From NCBI GenBank assembly GCA_012295275.1, contig CM022667.1, positions 4,836,001-4,900,000 of the forward strand: a stretch of DNA of 64,000 nucleotides, in the 5' to 3' direction. This document shows positions 47,393 to 60,049 of the stretch, piece by piece. How positions within the stretch are numbered: position 1 is the stretch's first letter; each line of letters begins with the position of its first letter. Both the position numbers and the translations under genes were made by a program. The stretch comes from Chrysomallon squamiferum (lineage: Eukaryota > Animalia > Mollusca). The notes beneath the pieces were generated by a model, which was not told the DNA's origin, made no database searches, and saw nothing but the letters and a program-made list of their open reading frames with translations.

Positions 47393-50300
47393 CATTCAAT
47401 CAATCAATCAATCTAAATCAAAAATTCATTCAATCAATCAATCTATCTATCTAAAGTAAAAAATAATCAATCTATCTATCTAAAGTAAAAAATAATCAAT
47501 CTATCAATATGTCTGTCTGTCTGTCTGTCTATCTAAAGTAAAATATAAGTTTTTAAAAACTTGGAATCTATTATGTATATAAAATGTTAAAAATAAAAAT
47601 AAATAATAGTTTTTAAACCTCTGACCATATCTGTAAAAAAAAAAACAAGCACATTTATATTGTAACATCCAAATGTAATAAGCAGTACTAAAATATGACT
47701 TACTCAATAAGTTTTTGTATTGTCTACATATTTGTTTGTTTATTTGAACTTACAAATATTGCTTTTTCCAAACTCTACATTACATAACATTGAACATACC
47801 AATCAGTAGTGCATCACTTCTATCATTAAATCAAAATTTAAACTTGATTGTTATAGTTTGCACATAGAAATGATGTGTGGGAGTATTGTTTTTTCATATT
47901 TGTTGTTGTTGTATATCAAGTTAGTCAATAATATGCAATTTTTCAGGTTTATTATTGTTTTCAGCATTTGTGTGGTTTTTATATTAGCAGCAGCTGTATT
48001 TTGTACATTCATAATGAAATTCATTCACTTGTGTATCACATAATGATTTTGTAAATGTGCTGGTAAGTGCATAATGTACTAGTCAAAATATGAGTACATC
48101 TAGATATTGTAAAGTTTACTTCATACCCTTTTTGCTTTATATTGTATTATAATCTGGCTTTTGTCAGAGTATTGTTAAACAGGTAATAAACAGAACATAA
48201 GTAATCTGTTTTTTTTAAAGTATGTTGAAAATCATCTACATACAATCAAAATATTTTTTAATCATTATTATTTTTATTTTTTTTTATATATATATATATA
48301 TATATATATTTAAGTTGCTTATTTTACATCATACTGACATTTCTTTTGAAAAACAAAAATTAAAAATTAAAAATAATAATGATTAAAAAAGATTTTAATT
48401 ATATGTAGATGATTTTCAGCATACTTTAAAAAAGAAAAAACTGATTACATATGTTCAGACATAATACTCTGACATAATCCAGTTTAACAATACTCTGACA
48501 AAAGCCAGATTATAAACGTTAACTAAAGATATGAACAATACCTAAATCCGGAACAATATTCATTATCAGATGAACCGAACTGTATTCTAGATATCCTAAG
48601 AATTTCAACAAACAACCAAGACCAAAGCAGAGGGTAGATTCTGTTCAGCGGCTGGGAATTAAAGAAACAGTTTGTTGTTTGAGGTAACACACTGATAAGG
48701 CAAGTCACATTTGATGACTAGGTCACTCCCCACCCAAATATTTTAAACAGATATGCACAGGTGCATATAAATATTCAACAGAATTCAAATTGAAAAAAGT
48801 TCTTATGGCAACACAGAGAGAGAGAAGAGAGAGAGAGAGATGGAGAGTAAATAAGAGATTTATTCAAACGTAATATATAAACAGAAATAACTATTTTTAA
48901 TGTAATAAATATATAATACCTACACATACATGCCTATACATATTCTTTATTATTTTTATTTATTTCAAAAATAGCAAACATCACAGCTTAGAACAAACAT
49001 CACATAGGTATGATAAACAAATTAACACATCAGACTTTGTCAGGTCACACAGGTGTTTAGATTGTATCTGCTCTGTCACCACAATAACATTTAAAAACAT
49101 GCACATATAATATCGGGTTTCAAAACTATCTATTGTATGTGCACTTTATTTTTCTGACTAGACTAATATGACTCAGTTACTAGATCATACGAAAGATAGC
49201 TTCATGGAATGTATTTGATGAGAAAAATAGATATTTGTTTTTTTATTAAGATAATATTTAATGTTTGTTTCCTGCCAAGTGATGTCACATATCATATACA
49301 GCAAAACATTTATTTATACTATATCAAAGACATGCAGGTTGATTTGAGGATAAATACGATATCAAGTTTTTTAAAAGTAGCTGCTGCCATACTGGTCTTA
49401 GCACTAACTGATCTCTTTACACATAACTGTCATTAGGAATCTTTGTAACATAGGTTTTAATTAAAACTAGTAATGACTGGAATAAAAAACTGTCTTACAG
49501 GTTCTCCTAAGAGTTTGATCCTCTAACCTGTAAGAGCTACAACTTCAACCACAATCATCTAGTGGTAGCAGTAGTAGTAGTAGTAGTAATAACAATCATA
49601 TGATAAAAATAATAAAAAAAAATAATAATAGTGAAAAACTGACTCAAGCTTTTATAAGTTGTAGGACTGACTTTATTTTACATGTTTTCACATTTTCAGA
49701 TGGAAAACACAATTTGTTAAAACCTGCTTTGAAAATCATAATTCTTAGCCATTATCAGTATTTTTCTGAAAATAGATAACAATTATTATTTTGATGGCAG
49801 AACACAGAGACATTTAAGTATTCAGGATGACTGTCAAAGCAATTAAATGTAAAAAAGTAATAATGATCTGCATATAAATTGCATTTTGTATTTATTTAAT
49901 AAATAAACCAAAGCTAACGTCTAGAAACAGACTGCAGAATGGTTTTATTTTCTCATTTATTATTCTGTCTTTCTTTATTACTGGTCTTTGTTGGCCATGA
50001 ATCAAACATTGTCTGTTAAAGTGATCAGCTTAACTGTACATGCACAATCAGTTTTGTTTTAGCTATCTTGAGATGTTGTTTTCCTAAAATTTATTATTTT
50101 TCTTAAGTAATTTATCTGTTGCTAATGCTTCTTCATTAGGATGAAATAAATATAATTAAATGAATAAATGAATAAATCAAAATATTAGAGTTATTAGAAA
50201 ATATATTGTACATGTGCAGAATTAACCAGTGTGTCTCTGAGTGTATGTGTGTGTGTATTTGTAAGTGTGAGAAAGATAGAGAGAGAAATGCTGATTTACT

Positions 50301-52964
50301 GAAAAACACATATTTTGAAATTAAATCACATATACTCATAAGTAATCCAGTGAAAATAGGTTTAAACAGGAGGACAGAACAATGACTGTCTGTTAATCAA
50401 TAAAGTATTAGAATGTAGTAAGCAGGTAAATTAGAAAACTGGAAAGGAATCAACACTGTTAATCAATAACACTCAACTAATTAGTACCAACAGGAGAAAA
50501 ACAACTTAAATGTTTTGCATACGTATTGAAAAATCAGCATCCATTTATCAACTGCCAAATATATTGAATAATGAGATATTTTTTTTTCACCCATTTAATA
50601 TTAATAACTATTACGCTGTCTTTCTGTATGTTTTTTTTTTTTTTTTTTCTTAAATTTACTTGATTTACTTTATTAGAGGAAATATTTGGTAAAATTTAAA
50701 TTGGTCTATAATTAAATGACAATAAAGTGCTTTAATGCAGACCTTCACATTACAAAGAAAATGTATAGCATGAACTTTGATACAATTTAATCTGAAAGGC
50801 TGATAAGAATCGAATTAGACCTGACTCTATGACAAATATCCTAATCACTAATCTGCAGAGAACATTTTTTCCAGGATAATATATAAAATAACAAAAACCT
50901 TCCAAGTAACTAATTTTATGATACTTTAACTGAAATGTTTTGGTTTTAATTGCTCTTTTTAGCTGATTTGGTAAATAACTACTGTTTAATAAATTTCCAC
51001 AAAGAAAAAGAACATTTTTTACTAATGATTATTATTAACAAACAAAGCAGTGTCTTCTTTTATTAGCAGAAATATTAATGTAAGGCATATGAAAATATGT
51101 CTAATAATTCTAGTTATGACTTAATTATGCATATATATAATATGAAAAAAACAGAATAAAAACATAAATAAATAAGTTAACAAACAATCTAAGGAATATT
51201 CTGTCAAACCTTTCTTTTTTTCTGAATACGTACAACAAAATTTCAAAAATTCTAAACCTCTTCAGGTAAGAAATGAAAACCACAATAATGATTTGTCTGT
51301 GACTAAACCTTTTGCCAACTTCCACTTAAAACCTGTTTGTTCAGCACTGGAGCACTGAATGAGCACATTTTACACAAAGTATTTGTTATCAAACACTAGG
51401 TAATGAAGATTAGTTGTATTTAAGCCAATGCAAATTTAAACTTCGCTTTATTTGAGTAGTGAAAGTGATTAGGTAATAACAGAAAAAAGAATGAGAGAGA
51501 GACATAAATTGATATAAACAATGTTATATTTAATATAAATAATATTATATTTAATAATAATAATAATAATAATAATTATTATTATTCTAATACAATAATA
51601 CTGATTATAATGATGGTAATAGTAATAAGATCTGTTTTTTTCTTTTTAATTTAAAAAAATATTTATATTGCTTATTTGTTTGAAAATAAATATATCACAG
51701 AATATTTATTATTACTAATTAAGGTATAGGAAATTCTTTCAATAACAGTGTGTGTGTGTTTAAATTAAGGTAAAACACTTACATTGTTCAAACACTTACA
51801 TTGTTCAGCATAAAATAAAAAGAATATAAAACATCCTTGACATTTAAAACCTGATTAGAAACATGTGTTTGTCCAAGACCAGATGTAAATTTTGTAACTC
51901 TATAGACACAGCTGCACAGATTTTAACTCTCCAGGTTGTTAGTGTTTAAGACATTTAAAAAAAAAAATGAAATAAAAAGATTTCAAAGAATATGTTAAAA
52001 AAAAAAAAATTAAAAAAAGAATAATTCAAAGATTGAAACATTAATTTAAAACAGTGTGAACTTTAACTTTTGCTTAGTATTTCATAATTTATTTATTTAG
52101 TTATGTTTTTAATTGCTTTGGTTGGACATACTTTTGAATAGATATCTTATTTCTAAATTTAAATGATACAGTATATATTAAGTCTCTCATTCTGTTTAAA
52201 AAATTAAATTTACAAATAAAATTAAAATTAAAAATGAACATTCTGCAACTTAATTATCAACTCTGTGTTTTCACCAGTGTCTGAACAGTAAAGTAACTGG
52301 TCACCAAATTTTGTTTTATTTTTACAAACCTACATACTTTGCCAGAGTTAAAAATGTTTTCCACAAATTATTTATTCTTTTAGCACATTGAGATCAATAG
52401 CATGAATGTTCAATGAAATCAGCCAAGTTGTTTGTTCCCACACTTAAGTGTATCACATGCAATGTTGTAAGGAAATGCAATCATGAGCTCAACATAACAA
52501 ATTATACTGCACATTGTACTTCCCAGATCTGCTTCATTTTTTATTGTTCATTTCTTAATTTTTAAATTAATTAATTAAATTATTTTGATTTTTAATACAT
52601 TTTTTTTTTTTTTTTTTTTAAAGTGGTATAATTTTTAGGCCATTATCACTGATAACACTATGCTGACTTTTCACATGGCATTTGAGTAAAATTACCTCAA
52701 TTATTTGGAGTCTGGATGTCAGTATAAACTTAAAATAAGCATACAAGAAATTCTTAATAGATTTATTACAATGCTGAAAACAAGACTAACTGACTTTTAT
52801 AAAATGAAAGAATAAAAAAAATAACCCAAAATATTTATATATTTCTTTTTTCTTTTTTTTCACTGAGATAAGCAGATGGTGCCAAATGCCCCAGCAGATA
52901 AACTTTGTGCCAATTTACAGTCCCAAAACCAGTCTTATTTTTATATTTTATTCCTAAAAGTTGT

Positions 52965-53008
<44 letters not shown>

Positions 53009-53950
53009 GCAAAAATCATAGTTCAATGCAAAAAAAATATAAACTAAAAAATAGCAATAATACTTACAGACAAATGTGTTTCTTGTTAATAAAATTTAAG
53101 CATTTCAAAAAAACACACCCTGATGTCTCCACAAAGTATTTAGTTATCATGTGTAACAAACATCCATGATATAGAGTTAAGCATTATAGTATAGACAAAT
53201 CAAATCATACATTACAAAAGCTGCTACCCAATCAGAAAAATGCTTACAGTAAAATACAGAATAATTAACATACTGACAATGAACAGTAAAAATCTCTTTT
53301 AATAAATCAGTGTGTTTCTTTATATACCTGTCTTTACAAAACCACCTACCATGGCATGCTAAAAATGACACTGCAGTATACTGAAGTACTGAGTACAAAT
53401 TAAATAAGAATTATTTCAAGAACACAGCTAAGCAGAATGCACAGATATACATTCATAGATAAAATATAAGAAGGGCTAATTAACAGTATAAAGAAGAGAA
53501 ACAATGTTGGCTCTATTCATTTTCCTATGTAGGTAAAAGTACATGCTTTTGATTAAGACTCAATCCAGATATATGTGGATGCTTTCTGTAAACAAACACT
53601 GATGTCACTGGTTACTTTAAGAATTTGGGGTCATTATGAACAAAGTATAGCTTTTCATTCGAGTGTGACATGGAAGAATAATTTCCAATGTCAGAAACTG
53701 TGAACACAATACCGACATAAATTGTACATACTTGGTATGATTAGGCCATCACCTTTCAGTTTAATTCATGGACGGTATCTCAGTGCATGTTGGTCCTGGA
53801 ACTAATGTAAGATAAAAATATTTTCTTTTCTAACAAAAAGATAAAAGTTATCTTAGTAAGAGATAAACATGGCTCTATGTTCAGGTATCCTTGAACCTCA
53901 AAATATAAACTGTGTCAATATATATATATATATATATATAAACTTTCTTC

Positions 53951-53992
<42 letters not shown>

Positions 53993-54789
53993 GTAATTAT
54001 TAAGATATTTACATCAAATGATTATTTCAGTACTTTTTTTAAGAGTCTAATTCAAAAATATTTCTGATCAAAAATACCTGTTATATCAATAAACCTGAAT
54101 GTTAGGTGTCCATAATGTTTTAATCTTTAAAATAAAATAAAATAAAATAAAATAAAATAAAATAAAAAAGAAAGAAGGAAAAATTCAAGATTAAGAAGAA
54201 AGAATAACAATTTTTATTTCATTCTGTTTCAGTAGGTTAACTGATGTCAGAAACTGTGTACAGGATAGAAAAATGTCTGCTTCTGAATTCCTGGACAGGG
54301 AAGGGCTGTTTTTTATATACTGTCAACTGTCTAAAAATTATTAAATTTTTAGTACTGGATATGGATGAATGCTGCTGATTTATTAAAAATGAGATTTATA
54401 TTGTACTTGTTAATCTAAATTAGCAGAGTTTAATCAGAAAAACTCTGTTATTCCAGCCATGACTACTAATAGTGTATTCCTTAAAATTAAGATTTGTATT
54501 ATAATAAATTATTAGAAAATAAGTCAAGCATTAACTGATGTCTAAATACTTAATCTAAATTAGCAGGCTTTTATCAGATAAACATTGTTATATCAACCAA
54601 GTACTCAGGCAACTAATAGTGTATTCCTTAGAATTAAGTTATGTTTTATTGTTAATATTTGGTTATAATGAAGATAAGTCTAGCATGAACTCATACATTA
54701 ACATGAACAATACATGAACAATAATGAATTGCAAAACAATAAAGCAAAACCAGTGCTGAATGTTTATAATTACAGTATATGTGTATCTA

Positions 54790-54827
<38 letters not shown>

Positions 54828-55055
54828 ACACACACACACACACACACATACACACACACACATTGTTTAAATGTTTAATAATCTGATTTATAATTCTACA
54901 ATACTCCATATGCACCTGCAACAGATATTAGATGATTTTATTTTTTTTATTTTTAATTTATTTTTTCACTGTTTGACATAATTATTTATAATTCATGTAA
55001 CATGCAACAAAAATCCTTGGTAACTGAATATGTACTGAAAGAAAACTGTTACGAG

Positions 55056-55094
<39 letters not shown>

Positions 55095-55192
55095 ATACGC
55101 AAAGCCTTGCTCTCATTTTCTTTATCTCAGTGTCCACATTACAGAATTACATATGCAAGTGCAATTAAATAAATGATTTTTCTTTTCATAGT

Positions 55193-55234
<42 letters not shown>

Positions 55235-56240
55235 TACATTTTTTTAACTGCTTTATTTTTGTTGTTTTTTATTTTTATTTTTATGTGGAACTTCTCTATT
55301 AGATATATTATATAGGTCATTACAAATAAAATTCAAACTATATCACTAGGATCTCACATGCTTTTAATAAACAATCAGTGATACTGGCTTCTTAATTGTA
55401 AACATAAACTAATGGAAAATTACAAATATGCATTATTCTAAATGAATGTGAATTTTTTACAATAAACACTGTGTATATATATGTGCACACACACCATCTG
55501 AATAATTAGCAAATGAATTAATATGAAATAATAATAATTTAATGCAATGTAATCTGTAATTTGTAATATATACAGGAAGAAAGAGGTTTTGAAGTGTGAC
55601 TTTGCTACAAAAGAATAATCCCCAAGCAGCTACGAGACGCAAACAAACAAGAACATGTGGCTTGGATTAAACAGCTTATAAAAAATCTGCTGAGTCATGA
55701 TGAAATGCAATTTCTTTTACTATTTCAACATATTATCATTCTATTTCTTTATGGATCAACCCACTGACATAAACATTTTTTTTTTTTTTTTTTAAAAAGA
55801 TTACATGTATTAGGTATATTTTTAAACTATCATGTTACAAACATGAACATTATCAAGAACATTATCCTTGATCAAGAATCAATTAAATGGTTGCCTAATC
55901 ATTCATGACGATCAAATATTTTATCACACAGCCTGGTTAAACATACTGATAAACATATAAAATAAAAACTGCTCATCCAAACCAAAGAGATTATTGAATA
56001 ATTATGTTTAAGTGTAATTTTCCATACTTAATTAGAAATACATTTATAATTATTGAGATATTTAGAAATTAGAATTAACTGGACAGTTTTGTTAACAATA
56101 AAAATAAATAGATTATTGTTATAGTAATAAAGTACTGAATTAATTATTTTTAATTACGGATTAACTATAAGATTTTTTTTTAGCTGTTGCTATTATTATT
56201 ATTATTATGTCTTAATATTATTTAACACACAATAATAATG

Positions 56241-56298
<58 letters not shown>

Positions 56299-56399
56299 TT
56301 AATGCACCCTGTGTTTCTCAACACTATTTACGTTTTCCATCATACACATATATATAATTTTCAGCTTTTAGTATTATTAACTATGGGGTCTTTATGATC

Positions 56400-56950
56400 A
56401 ATTGATACTAATACAGTGGAGTGATAGACGAAAGAGTAGAAGAAATTAGCGCTGTTTTCATTGACACGCTTTGATCTTTTCACACAGATTTTGTGCCCCT
56501 ACGGAGTTGTTGACAACATTATAGTGACAATGTAATTGAAAATCACTCACCCCTGAAAAAGATCGTATGTCTTCACATGGTAAGCAAGAAATATTACCTG
56601 CTCTTGCTCAGCAGTGCATGAACGTCTGCATTCGTTCCAAACGATATCGGTTCTTTTGTAGTAACTCGCGGTTTTTGCAATGTAACAGTTAATTTGATTG
56701 GTCGGATCTGATTAATCCATTTCTGTTTTCCTTGCGCTTTCACATTCATCTGTGAATGCGGAGTTAATATTCCGATAAATTAAAAGAAAAACAGGAATAT
56801 AAAAGTATACAAAACATATTTATTTCTGTATAGTATAAATTAATGAAGAAAAAAAAATAAAATAATTATTTTATCCTCAGCGGAGTGATGTCCCTTGAAG
56901 AACAGTGCACGAGGGTCACAAAACCATTACTAATTACAATCAGACGCTGG
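56400..56950. promoter_or_regulatory. Candidate (possibly bidirectional) promoter and non-coding first exons for the ASB-like gene (+) and OSGIN (-)
   Basis: Local return of CpG dinucleotides in an otherwise CpG-poor region, with an inverted CCAAT (ttgattgg) at ~56694-56701. Minus-strand donor-like gtgagtg at ~56550. Plus-strand exon-like segment cag|56881-~56948|gtaaat, then acceptor tttcag ending ~57076 just before the ASB ATG. Confidence 0.45.
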
Positions 56951-57103
56951 TAAATAACATAAGAAACTTTTAGAAGCAGGTTGTTATTTATTTATTTAAA
57001 ATAAAATAAAAAATAATAATTAGGAACTATGATTTTACTTGGAGATATTTTATAATTATTTTATTTTTTCTTTCAGATTGAATATTTTGAAAGACCATGA
57101 ATA

Positions 57104-58834
57104 ATGGATGAAGTATCATCTTTGCATAAAGCTATAGCAGCTGGTAATCTTGACGATGTTCAGAAATGTGTAAAATCAGGTGCCAATGTCAACCATGTGT
57201 ATGGGATGCAAGGGACAGCACTGTGTAATGCCATATATTCAAAACAGGAGAAGATAATTCAGTATCTCATTGAGTCTGGTTGTGATGTTAATATATCTGA
57301 CTATGGAGGGGAACCTCCATTATTGCTGGCATTAAGGAAACGATTATTTGAAGCAGCTAAACATATCATTGAATCAGTCAAGTGTAATGTAAACATCTGT
57401 GATCCAGGTACAAAGAAAACTCCATTATGTTATGCAGCAGAAAATGGAATGAATGATATTGTGAAACTTCTCATTTCCAAACATTCTTGTAAAACTGACA
57501 CAGTCGATGGTGATGGAAATTCTGCACTTCATTTGGCAATAACGGGAAATGATCGTGCCATTATTAAAACTTTAAGCAGAGTGCATGAATTGAAAACAGT
57601 GCACAACAATGCAGGACTTTTGCCAGTACACATGATTTCAAAAACTGGGGATGTTGAAGTCCTCAAACTTTTGTACGAAGATAATAAAAAATGTGGAGTT
57701 AGCCTGGCTGGAAGAGTCAGCAAAGATTTGAACTCTGGTACCAGTTTTAACAATGACACTCCTCTGATACTGGCAGCACAGTCAAGACACTTGGAAATGG
57801 TGAAGTATCTCATAGAACAAGGTGTGGACGTTAATGCTGTTAATAACAGGCACCAGACTGCTCTTCTTGTTGCTTCTGGGTTAAATAACTTAGACATAAC
57901 ATCCTTGCTGCTCAAGGCAGGAGCAGACCCCGATATCGGTGGAAGTTTAACTACATGCAATGCGGCAAATCCTGTAGGAGTTGTCCTCCATAACCAGAGA
58001 CTGACACCTCTAGCTGCTGCAGCCATCTTTGATCATGTTAAGGTGGCAGAGATGTTGCTTAAAAATGGTGCTAGTATTACAATGTGTGATAATCGTGGTC
58101 AGTCGCCACTGTTTAAAGCTTTGCACCACAACTCTGTTAAAGCAGCTTGGTTACTGCTGAATGAAATCACAGACACACATCTTGATGTTCCCAGTTTTGG
58201 TTCGCCAGCAGAATCCTTGCTTCATGCAGTGGTCATGTGTACTGAGGATGCGTACGAACTTACAAAGTTTCTAATTCAACATGGCTGCTCCACCAACATT
58301 ACAGATCGTCTGTCATACTTTCCATTACAAGCTGCCATCTCCTACGAAAACACTGCAGTTGTTGAAGCTATTTTAGACTGTGGTGGCGATGTACACATTA
58401 CTGATTCTGCAGGCTGCACACCACTGCATATGGCAGCTATGGTGGGAAATGTGAAAATAGCAAAACTGCTCTTGTGTCATGGAGCTGATATTGACAGCAA
58501 GGCAGACGAAGGGACCGTTTTCTACACAGCGCTAGATTCCTACATGGAGAACTTTGCTCTGTTTCTCATAGAAGCAGGCTGTTCTCTGAACAAAGAGTGG
58601 TATCTGTTTGACAGCAGTGTGTCACAAGGAGAGAACTTGCAGTTTCCTGATGTTCTTGCTGACTACGACGAGTTCTATTCCTGGCTGAAAAACAAAGCCT
58701 CTAGTGTTCCAAGGCTTGAGCAGCTGTGTATTAAAACTCTGAGGAAAATGTTTTGTTGTAAGACTAAACGCTTCTCGGACATTGCTCTGTTACCCCTGCC
58801 TGCCAAACTGCTAGATGTCTTATCTTACAAGTAA
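57104..58834 (+). CDS. Ankyrin repeat and SOCS box protein (ASB-like), single coding exon
   Basis: 576-aa ORF with about 12 ankyrin repeats (e.g. GNSALHLA, DTPLILAA, GCTPLHMAAMVGNVKIAKLLLCHGADID) and a C-terminal SOCS box VPRLEQLCIKTLRK...IALLPLPAKLLDVL. Confidence 0.93.
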   Translation: MDEVSSLHKAIAAGNLDDVQKCVKSGANVNHVYGMQGTALCNAIYSKQEKIIQYLIESGCDVNISDYGGEPPLLLALRKRLFEAAKHIIESVKCNVNICDPGTKKTPLCYAAENGMNDIVKLLISKHSCKTDTVDGDGNSALHLAITGNDRAIIKTLSRVHELKTVHNNAGLLPVHMISKTGDVEVLKLLYEDNKKCGVSLAGRVSKDLNSGTSFNNDTPLILAAQSRHLEMVKYLIEQGVDVNAVNNRHQTALLVASGLNNLDITSLLLKAGADPDIGGSLTTCNAANPVGVVLHNQRLTPLAAAAIFDHVKVAEMLLKNGASITMCDNRGQSPLFKALHHNSVKAAWLLLNEITDTHLDVPSFGSPAESLLHAVVMCTEDAYELTKFLIQHGCSTNITDRLSYFPLQAAISYENTAVVEAILDCGGDVHITDSAGCTPLHMAAMVGNVKIAKLLLCHGADIDSKADEGTVFYTALDSYMENFALFLIEAGCSLNKEWYLFDSSVSQGENLQFPDVLADYDEFYSWLKNKASSVPRLEQLCIKTLRKMFCCKTKRFSDIALLPLPAKLLDVLSYK

Positions 58835-60049
58835 ATGAAAAATGTGATCTGACATTAAGAACTTTGAGTGACCTTCACTATAAATAATTTTTGACTATGT
58901 TGTTTTTAATAATTTTTATTTCTTGTTGGTTTTTATTTTTTGTTTGTTTATTTACAAGATTCGTGCCTTTTATATTGTTTGTTTTCATACCATAAATAAA
59001 TACCAGTATTATCAAGTGACCAATTTGGTTGTTTGTAAAACTAAATGCTGTAAATCTTATCATTTGTAATTTAATGTTTTGCATATGAGAACTGAAACAA
59101 ATTATTGTATATAAACTATAATTTAAATTTTGTTCATAAAACTGTTTGGATGTTAAATGAACTATTAGTGATATGTATAATATCAAATTCACATTTTTAT
59201 GTTGCCTGGTTATGTGTTAAATCTTTATTGAGATTAAAAGAAACATTTCAAGTGCCTGAAGCAGTGTCATGTTTTCTTTTTAATGTTATGTTTGGTTTTT
59301 TTGTACATCTAAATGTAAAATAATCTTGACAGACTGAAAAATGGCAACACTGCTACTCTTTACTGATTACATTTTGTGTGCTTTACTTCATTCATTGTCG
59401 TTGCCTGTTATATTTTATTATTCTCTTTCTTTATTATCAAAGATTGGTTATAAATAATAAATAAAGCCTTTTATACATTTGAACAGGGCTGTAATTGGAA
59501 TGGGAACTGGTCAGTCAAATGAAATGTTGTTTAATGACATTTCAGGATTTCAATATCATACTTGTTATTGTGTTGCAGATTATTCTTTAATAATTCCTAA
59601 ATTTATGATAAAATTTACATCTTTCATTCAAATGTTTGATTTTACAGGCCCACCCCCAAAAGATTATTTTTGTTTTAATTTAAATAGACTGTTTATAATT
59701 ATTTTCAGATGTGAAAAAAAAAAAAAAGCAACATGTTTATAACAATTTCATATTTTTATTTCTTTCATGTTTTAAATTATAGAAAATTAATTGTCACAGA
59801 ATTCAAACAAAATGCAACAAAAAAGAAAAGAAAAAATTATTTATTTAATATACTGCAGGTGTAAACAGCCAGACATTAAACAAATTAAAAAAACACTCTT
59901 ATTAAACAGATATAATACACACAGAAAAGAGATTTAGTACATACGGTGTTAAATTTTAAACAGATAATTTTCATTTCTTTTATGTTGCAGTTTCTTTTAA
60001 AATAAAAGTCAAGTTGGTATCACAGATTTCACAGTGGTTTTAAAATGTT

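Noticed and set aside
57529-58026. 165-aa antisense ORF inside the ASB-like gene
   Set aside because: No recognisable motifs; an expected shadow of a long coding strand.
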